64,000 nucleotides of DNA from Candidatus Binatia bacterium (lineage in GTDB: Bacteria > Desulfobacterota > Binatia > HRBIN30): contig JBBRSP010000004.1 in NCBI GenBank assembly GCA_038245295.1, positions 96,001 through 160,000 on the forward strand, in the 5' to 3' direction. Under the pieces are notes generated by a model. It saw only the letters and a list, made by a program, of their open reading frames with translations, was not told where the DNA came from and made no database searches. Made by a program: the position numbers and the translations under genes. Shown in pieces: positions 36,505 to 47,165 of the stretch (its first letter is position 1; every line of letters starts with the position of its first letter).

Positions 36505-36575
36505 GCCCAAGGTTGGTCGAAGTAGCAGACGGTAAGAGAAGTGGTCAAGTTGACGCGCCACGGATTGGCGCTCCG

Positions 36576-36696
36576 CCTTCGAGACACCGCCGCAAGGGCG
36601 GCGTCTCCTCAGGCCGAACGGTTGGCCTGTTAAGTTTTAGGCTAAACTGCCGTTGGGCCTGAGGAGGTCGCATCTTTTCAGCGGCCGTCTCGAAGG
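36576..36696. repeat. Repetitive palindromic (REP/RIME-like) element
   Basis: Nested inverted repeats ccttcgagac..ctcctcaggcc / ggcctgaggag..gtctcgaagg. Confidence 0.7.
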
Positions 36697-36886
36697 GCGT
36701 TCTCGAATAGACCAGCACAGCTCGCCATCTATCTCGGCTGGGTCGCTCCGGGACCCTGGGCACAAGCCTAGTGAGTCTGGCATTTGTCCCGCCGTCCTTC
36801 TTGAGAGTGAAGTGGTGTGGTTGTTCGTGCTGAGCCGCGTGATGTTGTTGTAGTGGCGTCAGCACAGGGCTATCGCAAAGAGAGCT

Positions 36887-37951
<1,065 letters not shown>

Positions 37952-37997
37952 GCGACGCCTTTTCCAAACACGAGAGTGCCGGCGTCGTGGTTTTGAC

Positions 37998-38080
37998 CGG
38001 ATGGGCAGGATATACAGGATGAACACGACAAGAACGCGTCCCCTGTTCCATCCTGTTTATCCTGAATCCTGTCCATCCTG
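37998..38080. repeat. Short CAGGAT/ATCCTG inverted repeat cluster
   Basis: caggat at 38006 and 38015; atcctg at 38050, 38059, 38066, 38075; between convergent genes. Confidence 0.55.
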
Positions 38081-38165
38081 ATGAATTCATTCTGCAGGGG
38101 GGGGCGGGCAAAGCCAGCGCCAGGCGGTACGGAGAGCGTGTCGACCCTAGGGTCGGATCAGAACC

Positions 38166-38423
38166 TCAGGCGTCGGGCGTTTCCGAATCGTGGGCGTGAC
38201 CAATCGCGCGCCGCAGACTGCGACTTACCTTGGCACAATCGACGATTACCTTCTGCGAGTGCACCGACTGGACCGCATCGAGCGGGATTGTAAAGTCGCC
38301 GGCGTTTTCCACATAGACAACCAGTTCGGGGCGCCCACCCGGGGCGACGTCGCGCACCGCACCAAACTCTTCGCCGCCGTCCGCCGTGAATGCCTGGTAT
38401 CCCACTTCGATTTTTGGAAGCAT
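38166..38423 (-). CDS. Small conserved hypothetical protein (PRC-barrel-like)
   Basis: DGGEEFGAVRDV..LVVYVENAGDF; RBS GGAGG. Confidence 0.7.
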   Translation of the reverse strand: MLPKIEVGYQAFTADGGEEFGAVRDVAPGGRPELVVYVENAGDFTIPLDAVQSVHSQKVIVDCAKVSRSLRRAIGHAHDSETPDA

Positions 38424-38512
38424 GGCACGTTCCTCCGCTCCTCAGTCCATTACTCCCGTTACCGAGCCGAGAGAAGGCCAGAAGATTCGGCAGGGACCTC
38501 ATCGAGTCTTGC

Positions 38513-38553
38513 GTTCCCGGTTCTCGTTCTCGATTCTGGGTTCGCGGTTCGCG
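38513..38553. repeat. Degenerate heptamer tandem repeat
   Basis: gttcccg gttctc gttctcg attctgg gttcgcg gttcgcg. Confidence 0.5.
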
Positions 38554-38705
38554 ATGCGCTGGCAACGCCGGCTCCGCAGGTTTTGAGACAGCCGCCTGCG
38601 GAGTGTCGAGCACGAAGGCGAGGTTCGTGGTAACAGACGTACCGTGCTTCGCCGGTTACCCTCAAAGTGTGAGACGAGCGCTCGAAGCACGGGTCCTCGT
38701 CAACG

Positions 38706-39620
38706 ATGCCAAGGTCTGCAGGTACGCCGTTGAGGCCGCGCGCGTCGCGTTTTTCCACCTCGTTTTTTATCCTCGCGACGATGAGGAACTGGTGGGTACC
38801 GTATGCTTTTCAACTTGGCCTGATGCGAGGCGCGACGGCCTGCTTCCGCGATGGCGATAGGGTTTCGGTGTCGGCTGCCGACTGGCGCTGCCTACCGTCT
38901 CTGGCGCGGCTCAAGTACCGCTGCGGCGTGCGGGCGCGCGAAGAAGGCTCCGACATCGAGTTGGGATTCCCCAACGGCGTCACCTTTCGCTTATCCCGAC
39001 CAGGGATTTTCTGGCAGATAGGCGTCCTCAACGAGGTATGGGAACGCGATGACTACGAGCTCGAGGGCCGTGATCTGACCGGCAAGATCGTCGTCGACAT
39101 CGGCGGCTACATTGGCGACTCCGCCCTGCGCTTCGCCGCACTCGGCGCCACCGTGCACGTGTTCGAACCCTTCCGGGCCGCGCTCGAGGCGATGCAACGC
39201 AATATCGCCATGTCCGGCACAATTGGGAATCAGATTCAGGTCCACCACGTCGCCGTTTCGACAGCCGACGCCCGCGTTGCGATTCACTACGACGCGTCAA
39301 AAGGGTCACTCGCGCGCGTCGATGCCGAGGGGCGCGGTCCGGACCAAGACATCATCACAACCATCGACGCGGGCCCCTATCTGTCCGACGCCGGCATCAC
39401 TCGATGCGATATCCTCAAGATGGATTGCGAAGGCGGCGAATACGACCTGATCGAGAAGGGCGATCTCCTGGATATCCTCAGGCCGACGGAGATCCTCCTC
39501 GAGTACCATCGCGGCAGCGACGCCCTGGAGGCCGACCTCGGGCGTCGCGGCTACAGCCTGCGAAAACGCGGCAATCAGCGAATCGGAATTCTCTTGGCGC
39601 ATAAGGAACAGCGGATCTGA
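38706..39620 (+). CDS. FkbM-family methyltransferase
   Basis: VVDIGGYIG, FEP, LKMDCEGGE, LEYH; start uncertain. Confidence 0.9.
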   Translation: MPRSAGTPLRPRASRFSTSFFILATMRNWWVPYAFQLGLMRGATACFRDGDRVSVSAADWRCLPSLARLKYRCGVRAREEGSDIELGFPNGVTFRLSRPGIFWQIGVLNEVWERDDYELEGRDLTGKIVVDIGGYIGDSALRFAALGATVHVFEPFRAALEAMQRNIAMSGTIGNQIQVHHVAVSTADARVAIHYDASKGSLARVDAEGRGPDQDIITTIDAGPYLSDAGITRCDILKMDCEGGEYDLIEKGDLLDILRPTEILLEYHRGSDALEADLGRRGYSLRKRGNQRIGILLAHKEQRI

Positions 39621-39733
39621 GACTAGCCGGATGGCAAGCAACACGGATCACGTGCCCCCTCTTTACCGCCAACCGCCTTTAGCTGCTTTGACTCAAGGCT
39701 GCCCTTCGCAGTAGGTGCTCGGCAAGACATCGC

Positions 39734-39913
39734 ATGCGAACTTCACGCGCCATCGTCCAGACCGGCCCGCGTCAATTCGAGATGCGCGAGCTACCTTTGC
39801 CCGAGATCGAGGCCCACAGCGGCCTGCTGCGTGTCGAAGCGTGCGGCATCTGCGGCAGCGATGTCGAACAATACACCGGCACGATCGCGGTGAGCCTGCC
39901 GTGTATCCCGGGG
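39734..39913 (+). pseudogene. N-terminal remnant of a Zn-dependent alcohol dehydrogenase
   Basis: LRVEACGICGSD...IPG, cut just before the conserved HE. Confidence 0.75.
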
Positions 39914-40015
39914 TGCCATTCAGATGCTTGGTGGAGAGATCGACGGCGAGTCGAACATTCACTCTTGATTGATTCCGGCGTGAGGTGGGCCCATCAATGC
40001 GCATCGGAGGTAGGG

Positions 40016-40897
40016 ATGATTCACGAGAACTTGCGACGGCGACTCGAGCAGGCGCCATACAATCGGAGCCTCGGCTTGCGCGTCGAAGCGCTCGGACTTG
40101 ACCGTGTGCGACTGCGCATTCCCTACTCCGATGAGATCGCCAACCCGGGCGGCGCGCTGCATGGCGGCGTCATCGCCTCGCTGATCGATACTGGCGGCGC
40201 GCTGTCGGCCTGGAGCGGCACCGACGTCAAGGGCGACATCGACTCCAGTACGCTCGACTTCAGCGTGAACTTTCTGGCCGCCGCTTTGAACGAGGACATC
40301 TTCGCCAACGCCGAGGTGCTACGGCGCGGCAAGGAGCTCACCTACAGCAGCATCGATGTCCGCAATGCCGCCGACAAACGCATCGCCGCCGGCCTGGTCA
40401 CCTATCGCCTCTTCGATCGCGCCCTGGTGCCGCCGTATGCCGAGCGACAGCGGCATGATGTCGCGCCCGACCCACCGGCAACGCTCCAGACGGTGCGCGG
40501 CGCCAATATGTTCGTCGGGCTCGGCTTCATCGCCAAGTTGGGAATCACTGTTAGCCACGCGTTCGACGGCTCGGCCTTGTTGCACCTGCCGCTGGGTGCC
40601 GACGTGCTGGACGCCAACGGCGCAATCCATGAAGGGGCAATTGCGTCGCTGATCGACACAACCGGGGCGTTGTCCTCGTGGTCGGTCGTCGGACTCAACA
40701 TGTCGTACAAGGCCTCAACCGTCGGCATTCACGTCAACTACCACGCCCCGGCGGACGGCGAAGCCGTCGACGCCTACGCGATGACGCAGCGGCGCAACAA
40801 CGAAATCTTCCTCAATCACGTCACCGTCAGCGGCCAGGACAGTAAACGTGTCATCGCCACCGGCTCGGTCACCTATCGCATCGTCGTCAACGACTGA
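40016..40897 (+). CDS. PaaI-family double hot-dog thioesterase
   Basis: Two HGG/HEG...SLIDT.G repeats; own RBS GGAGG. Confidence 0.85.
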   Translation: MIHENLRRRLEQAPYNRSLGLRVEALGLDRVRLRIPYSDEIANPGGALHGGVIASLIDTGGALSAWSGTDVKGDIDSSTLDFSVNFLAAALNEDIFANAEVLRRGKELTYSSIDVRNAADKRIAAGLVTYRLFDRALVPPYAERQRHDVAPDPPATLQTVRGANMFVGLGFIAKLGITVSHAFDGSALLHLPLGADVLDANGAIHEGAIASLIDTTGALSSWSVVGLNMSYKASTVGIHVNYHAPADGEAVDAYAMTQRRNNEIFLNHVTVSGQDSKRVIATGSVTYRIVVND

Positions 40898-40898
40898 C

Positions 40899-41864
40899 GT
40901 GAAACAGTCTCTCGTCCTGCCGTTCTGGTTCGATCGCCCCGCAACCGAGGCGCTCGACATTGCCCGCAACGCCGAAGCGGCCGGCATCGACGAGTTGTGG
41001 ATCGGCGAGATGATGACGTTCGATGCCTTCGCACTGGCCGCCGCGATTGCCGCGCAAACTCGCCAGCTGTCGCTGATCGTCGGGCCGTTGGCCGTGCACC
41101 TGCGCGATCCGGCGGCCCTGGCTCTCGGTGTCGCCTCGGTCTCGACAATTGCCGGAAGGCCGGTGCACATCGCCCTCGGTGCCTCGACCCCTCATGTGGT
41201 GGCCCAGTGGCACGGTCGACCCTGGACCGACCCGATCGGCCGGATGACCGAGACGGTAGATGCCTTGCGCCCGCTGTTGATGGGAGAGCGATCGAGCTTC
41301 TATGGACGCCACGTCCACAGCGACGGTTTCCGAATACCGCAAGCGCAGGCCGGCACGCAGATCGCCATTGCGGCCTTCGCACCACGCATGATCGACCTTG
41401 CCGCACGAGCCGCGGATCGCGTCGTCCTCAATCTCGTCACCGTGGAACAAACGGCGCACGTGTCACGACAGATCGCGGTCGCCGCGCAGCACGCCGGTCG
41501 CCCTGCCCCGCCGCTTACCGTGTGGATGGTCGCGGCCCTCGACAACGGATTGGAGTCGCGACAGCAACTCGTGCGGCAGCTGGTCGCCTACGTGGGCGCG
41601 CCGGGGTACGGAGAGATGTTCATCAATGCCGACTTCGCGGAGATCGTTGCGCTCGCCCGCTCCGGCGCCCATCCGCGCGAGATTGCCGCAAATATTCCGC
41701 CGGCATTGATCGAGTCGGTTGCGGCGCTCGGCAGCATTGCAGCGATTCGTGAACGCATAGAAGCGTACAGGTCAGCCGGTGCAGCGCAGGTGGCGGTTGT
41801 GCCCGGGACAGCCTCGGATGCAGGGGCGCGGCGTTTGATCGCTGGACTGACTGCCCAGTCTTGA
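40899..41864 (+). CDS. LLM-class (possibly F420-dependent) oxidoreductase
   Basis: LWIGE..DAF, LGAS...V..WHG. Confidence 0.85.
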   Translation: MKQSLVLPFWFDRPATEALDIARNAEAAGIDELWIGEMMTFDAFALAAAIAAQTRQLSLIVGPLAVHLRDPAALALGVASVSTIAGRPVHIALGASTPHVVAQWHGRPWTDPIGRMTETVDALRPLLMGERSSFYGRHVHSDGFRIPQAQAGTQIAIAAFAPRMIDLAARAADRVVLNLVTVEQTAHVSRQIAVAAQHAGRPAPPLTVWMVAALDNGLESRQQLVRQLVAYVGAPGYGEMFINADFAEIVALARSGAHPREIAANIPPALIESVAALGSIAAIRERIEAYRSAGAAQVAVVPGTASDAGARRLIAGLTAQS

Positions 41865-41935
41865 AATGCAGTTGCGCCACACGCGCATCCCCTCTCCCAC
41901 ACTCTCACATTCCGCTCGAGGGTAAGCGGCGAGAT

Positions 41936-42817
41936 CTACCCAACCAGATCAGCGAGGCGATTCACCTCATCCGCATCCGATGTCGTCGGCACCAGGATCA
42001 GCTCGTCGGTACCGATGTCGGCGAGTTGGCGCATCGTCTCGCGCAGATTCGCGGCGGAGTCGCATTTCACCTTCGGCGCCATCTGTTCGGGAACACCTTC
42101 GCCCAGGAACGCCAGATAGCGCCCCAGATAGGTTTCGATCTCCGACCGCGCATTCTTGCGAAGGTTGAACCAGCAGCTCGTTACCAGGCGCGGCGCCTTG
42201 CCGCGGCCACAGTCCTTCCACGCTTGCCGCGCCGTCTGGAAGGCGAAGTCGACTTCCATCTTCGATGGTCCGAAGCTGAAGCCGCAGATGCCGTCGGCGT
42301 AGCGCGCCGCGCGTGTGATCGAATCACCGGCGAGCGCGCCGACCAGGATCTCCGGTCCGTTCGGCTGCATCGGAAAGGGCTCGATTGGCCGCGTCGCCCC
42401 CGGCACCACGATCTCCCCACGCCACGCACGCCGCATGAGGTCCACCGACGACTCCATACGTCGCATGCGACGCCGATCAAACGGTGACTCCGCCGCCTGG
42501 AAATCATCGACGCGCGCGCCGACACCGACACCGAGGCTGACGCGGCCGCCGGAGATTACGTCGAGAGTAGCGATCTGCTTGGCCATCATCGCCGGCCGGT
42601 GCATCGGCAGAACAATCACCGTCGCGGCGATGCGCACCCGCGTGGTTACCGCCGCCGCCGCCGACAACGTGACCATGATCTCCGGGTTGGGAAAATTGAT
42701 ACGCTCGCCGGCGGCGAGGCTGGAGAATGGCCCGGCATCGATGCGACGCGACCAGTCGAGAATCATGTCGCGATCGAGCCCGGGCACCATCACCGGCAGG
42801 TTGAGCCCGACTTCCAT
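41936..42817 (-). CDS. LLM-class flavin-dependent oxidoreductase
   Basis: AKQIATLDVISGGRVSLGVGVG. Confidence 0.9.
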   Translation of the reverse strand: MEVGLNLPVMVPGLDRDMILDWSRRIDAGPFSSLAAGERINFPNPEIMVTLSAAAAVTTRVRIAATVIVLPMHRPAMMAKQIATLDVISGGRVSLGVGVGARVDDFQAAESPFDRRRMRRMESSVDLMRRAWRGEIVVPGATRPIEPFPMQPNGPEILVGALAGDSITRAARYADGICGFSFGPSKMEVDFAFQTARQAWKDCGRGKAPRLVTSCWFNLRKNARSEIETYLGRYLAFLGEGVPEQMAPKVKCDSAANLRETMRQLADIGTDELILVPTTSDADEVNRLADLVG

Positions 42818-42832
42818 TGGATCGAGCGACGC

Positions 42833-43189
42833 CTAGCGCAGGGACAAGAGCTCCACCTCAAAGAGGAGCGTCGCGTTAGGCGGGATCACACCGCCGGCGC
42901 CACGTGCACCGTAACCGAGGTCGGGCGGGATAATTAGCGAACGCTTGCCGCCGATTTTGAGGCCGGCAACACCTTCGTCCCAGCCACGGATCACCTGACC
43001 GGCACCGAGCTTGAAGGAGAAAGGACTCTTGCGATCGTGTGAGCTGTCGAACTTGGCGCCCTTGGCGCCGTTCACCCACAACCAACCGGTGTAGTGCATG
43101 ACGCAGGTTTGTCCCGCCTTGGCTTCGGCGCCATCGCCTGGCGCGGTGTCTTCGAATTGCAAACCACTAGCCGTTTTAGTCATCGCCAT
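42833..43189 (-). CDS. FKBP-type peptidyl-prolyl isomerase
   Basis: HYTGWL, FDSS, VIRGWDEG, IPPNATLLFEVEL. Confidence 0.95.
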   Translation of the reverse strand: MAMTKTASGLQFEDTAPGDGAEAKAGQTCVMHYTGWLWVNGAKGAKFDSSHDRKSPFSFKLGAGQVIRGWDEGVAGLKIGGKRSLIIPPDLGYGARGAGGVIPPNATLLFEVELLSLR

Positions 43190-43308
43190 GGCGCAGTCTT
43201 ATAGCCAAGATCCAGGCTCGTGCTCTACTTTGACCAAACAATCTCCCGGCCAAAGCACGGCCCAGAGCGAAGAGCCGTAGGACGATGCCCCGGCGGGCAC
43301 AGCGGGGT

Positions 43309-44089
43309 TCAAGGCGTCGCGACGAGACTTACGCTGACCGATCCGTCGGTTCCAACCACGTTGCCGAGCCGGGTTCCGTCGGGACCAAAGGCGAGAGTCG
43401 TGCTGTTGGTGATGGCGTACGTTTCAGGGAGAGCCGATGGGACAATGGCAAAGGTGCAACTGTAGAGCGCTCCGTCGGGGATCGCGGTGGTACTCGCGGT
43501 CGACGAGACGAAGATTCTCAATGTCTTCTTTGACGCGTCGTCTTGCAACACACTTACGAGCAGGGACTTTCCGATGGTCGGGTTCACCTGGCAACCGCTC
43601 GGGTCGAGGTTGAGCACCGAGGGATCGAAGCTGATGTCGTTGGCGGTTGCGGCAACGTGTGCTCCGGATGTGACCAACAACACCGGCACGGCGACCTAGT
43701 CGCCTGGCCTGCCGGTCCTCGATCCGACATCGATACCAATGATGTTCCGCATGGGGGTAGGCGTGGGTGTCGGTGTCGAAGGGCCTTCGCGTCGACGGTG
43801 TCTCGTAGACTACCGTGGAGACCGGGGTAGCCGAGTTGTTGTAGCAGGTGCGGGTACAGTAGACATTGCAGTCGGAATAATAGTCGCAGTACGTGTCGTA
43901 GTCGCACGTCGTGGTGCAGCAGCTCTGGTGCGTGACGTTCCCGGTGTAATCTTGGTAACACTCCGTGTAGCTGCTGGTGCTCCGGTCATCGCACGACGGA
44001 AGCAAGAGCAGCGCGAGCGACCCCAGAATCCGCAGAGCATGCTTTCGGAGGAACGTAATACGAAATTCAACCTCAAGACCGGGCCGCAT
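43309..44089 (-). pseudogene. Disrupted lipoprotein: Cys-rich domain, T/P linker, cohesin-like domain
   Basis: Lipobox LPSC; frameshift near 43781; in-frame TAG 43696-43698; then VAVPVLL...VAATANDISFD...DGALYSCTF. Confidence 0.65.
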
Positions 44090-44341
44090 GGGCGCCGCAA
44101 GCAGCCTTGGGCGGGCGACGTCTGACGACAAGGATTCAATCGCGGCGTTTGCATCACGGGCTGACGCGAACAGCCAAGCCTCTGTCTTCCAACTACAATC
44201 ATGCCGGCAGGCTGCTTGATTTGCACGAGGGGGTGAGAGCGTCGCTTCGCCGTTTCGGCACTAGAAATCCTGCAACCATTGGGCACACCTCCCGATTCCC
44301 TGCCACGTGACCTACGACCCGCACTCGACTACAGAGCACCG

Positions 44342-45265
44342 GTGCAGTCGATCATCGCGATCAAGAATCTCAACAAGACCTACGCCTCCGGCTTTCAGGC
44401 GCTCAAGAATATCAATCTCGAGATCTATCGCGGCGAGATCTTTGCTCTGCTTGGGCCGAACGGCGCCGGCAAGACGACGCTGATCGGCGTGATCTGCGGC
44501 ACGGTAAACCCAACCACTGGTGTCGTCGTTGCCGACGGACATGACATCCAGTCGGACTTCCGCGCCTCACGAAGCAAGATCGGCCTGGTGCCTCAGGAGC
44601 TGTCGACCGACGCCTTCGAAACCGTTTGGTCGACGGTGAAGTTCAGTCGCGGCCTGTTCGGCAAAGCCCCGAACGCGGCGCATCTCGAGAAAGTACTGCG
44701 CGACCTTTCCTTGTGGGACAAGAAGGACGCGAAGATCATGACGCTGTCCGGCGGTATGAAGCGGCGCGTGATGATCGCCAAGGCGTTGTCGCACGAGCCG
44801 CAGATCCTGTTTCTCGACGAGCCGACGGCCGGCGTCGACGTCGAGCTGCGGCGTGACATGTGGGAGATGGTGCGCCATCTGCGCGAAAGCGGCGTAACGA
44901 TCATTCTAACGACACATTACATTGAAGAAGCCGAAGAGATGGCCGATCGCATCGGCGTGATCAGCAAAGGTGAGATCATCCTCGTGGAAGACAAGACGGC
45001 GCTGATGGAGAAGCTCGGCAAGAAGCAACTGACCCTGCTGCTCAAGACTCCGCTGAGACGTATCCCCGACGACCTCGCCGGTTATCCACTCGAGCTGGCA
45101 CCGGACGGAACACAACTCGTCTACACCTTCGACTCGCAGCGCCAGCAGACCGGGATCGCCGATCTACTGCGGCAGCTTGGCGAGCATGGCATCGACTTCA
45201 AGGACTTGCAGTCGAGCCAGAGCTCGCTCGAAGATATCTTCGTCAGCCTGGTGAGCGACCGATGA
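44342..45265 (+). CDS. ABC-2 ATP-binding protein (YadG-like)
   Basis: [21 protein letters not shown]. Confidence 0.95.
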   Translation: MQSIIAIKNLNKTYASGFQALKNINLEIYRGEIFALLGPNGAGKTTLIGVICGTVNPTTGVVVADGHDIQSDFRASRSKIGLVPQELSTDAFETVWSTVKFSRGLFGKAPNAAHLEKVLRDLSLWDKKDAKIMTLSGGMKRRVMIAKALSHEPQILFLDEPTAGVDVELRRDMWEMVRHLRESGVTIILTTHYIEEAEEMADRIGVISKGEIILVEDKTALMEKLGKKQLTLLLKTPLRRIPDDLAGYPLELAPDGTQLVYTFDSQRQQTGIADLLRQLGEHGIDFKDLQSSQSSLEDIFVSLVSDR

Positions 45266-46026
45266 TCAACCTCTATGCCGTCCGCGCCATCTACCTGTTC
45301 GAGATGCACCGCACGTGGCGCACATTCTTCCAGAGCATCGCCTCACCGGTGTTGTCGACGTCGCTCTACTTCGTCGTCTTCGGCTCGGCCATCGGCTCGC
45401 GTATGGGCGCCATCGACGGCGTCAGCTACGGCGCCTTCATCGTACCCGGGCTGATCATGTTGTCGCTGCTCACCGAGAGTGTCTCCAACGCTTCATTCGG
45501 CATCTACATGCCGAAGTTTTCGGGAACGATATATGAAGTCCTGTCAGCACCGATCTCGTTCATCGAGGTCGTGCTCGGTTATGTCGGCGCGGCCGCGAGC
45601 AAGTCGATCATCCTGGGCTTTCTCATTCTCGCCACAGCCCGCCTCTTCGTGCCTTTCGGCATCGCGCACCCGTTGTGGATGTTGTGTTTCCTGATGCTGA
45701 CGGCAGTGACCTTCAGCATGTTCGGCTTCATCATCGGCGTGTGGGCCGACGGCTTCGAGAAACTGCAGATCGTACCGATGATGGTGATCACACCGCTGAC
45801 CTTCCTCGGCGGCAGCTTCTATTCGATCAACATGCTGCCGCCGTTTTGGCAGAAGGTCGCCCTGTTCAACCCGGTCGTCTACCTGATCAGCGGCTTCCGC
45901 TGGAGCTTCTACGGCATCTCGGACGTCGGCGTCGGCATCAGCGTCTCGATGACCCTGGCCTTTCTTGCCGCTTGCCTCACGGCGATCTACTGGATCTTTC
46001 GGACTGGGTATCGGATCAAAGCGTAA
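45262..46026 (+). CDS. ABC-2 permease (YadH-like)
   Basis: Six TMs, [19 protein letters not shown]. Confidence 0.93.
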   Translation: MINLYAVRAIYLFEMHRTWRTFFQSIASPVLSTSLYFVVFGSAIGSRMGAIDGVSYGAFIVPGLIMLSLLTESVSNASFGIYMPKFSGTIYEVLSAPISFIEVVLGYVGAAASKSIILGFLILATARLFVPFGIAHPLWMLCFLMLTAVTFSMFGFIIGVWADGFEKLQIVPMMVITPLTFLGGSFYSINMLPPFWQKVALFNPVVYLISGFRWSFYGISDVGVGISVSMTLAFLAACLTAIYWIFRTGYRIKA

Positions 46027-47165
46027 GGGAGACCATACGAAAACGTCGGTGCCGTGCCCGTGCCCGACCGAGCTCGGCACCGATGCCCGGAGGCACCACC
46101 CGTAACCAGGGCAACCTTGTGCTCCAATCCGCTCAGCATCGCGGCGGTTTATCACAGGAGTGGGCGAAAGCGGCAGGCTGGTGCATTTGGTGCATTCTCG
46201 GCGACTCACCAAGGGTGTAGACTGGATGAATGTGGATTGCCTTGGTTCTCGTAGCAGTCGTAGTTGCTCTGGTTGCCGTCGTCGGGTTGCATCCGCGCGG
46301 TGGGAAACAGGTCGCCAACACACAGATGATGACGATGGCGCGAGTTGTCCTGGGAGTGGCGGCCGTGGTCATCCTCTACTTCGCCTATCGGTAACCCCGC
46401 CTCTGACTGGCTTCGGGTTGCACCGGCTTTGCACACACCCATCGCTGTCGACCGGTCGCGGCGTCCGTGAGACATCCTCTTCTGTCTCATTTGATCCAGT
46501 GGTGGGCAGTGGCTGAGGCATCCATCCCAAAAGCGTCGGTACTCGGTCTGCCATCCAGATGGTGATCGTTGTGGCAAGCCTCTTGCGGTAGCCGTCTGAC
46601 GTCGGGGAGGGCACGACGCGGATGGCGGCTAAATCGATCGACAGTCTTGCGACTACCGTACTATCAGCCGCAGCAACATGCGGCGCCTACATTGTGATCA
46701 CCCACTTGGATGAAGGTCCGATCGACGACGGCAAAGGGTGGTCGCTCAACACGCTTCTCGATGCAGAGGATGTCCTGTCCGGACGGCGTCTCAAAAGGCC
46801 GGCGCCGGTGCCGGTCGGCGCATCGGTTGTGTGCCCCGGCATCCCCGATTGCGCACCACCGACGGCAGTGCGGCGCGCCCTACTGGGTAGCACCGGCGCC
46901 ATTCTCGGGGAGCACAACGGCCATTCCACAGACGAGATTCGGCCGCGTCCAATGCTCGTATTCGAGGCAGAGCCGCTCGACTTCCTCCCGGCCCGCGACG
47001 CCGCCTGACTGGGGACCGCCGGACGACGACAGATCCCTTTCACGGATCCGGCGGTCTCCCATAGGTCAGGGGGGCGATGGTCGCGTCGTTCTACGCCGTG
47101 TCCCTGCTGATCTCCGCGTCGATCCTCCTCGTCCACCCGAGAGTCAGGCGCCGCGTGGCGCTGAG

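Noticed and set aside
36570..36860. tmRNA or riboswitch
   Set aside because: No tRNA-like ends or recognisable aptamer; the structure is explained by a palindromic repeat.
43696..43698. Pyrrolysine or stop-codon readthrough at TAG
   Set aside because: A frameshift lies about 85 nt away and no pyl genes are visible; simple decay is more parsimonious.
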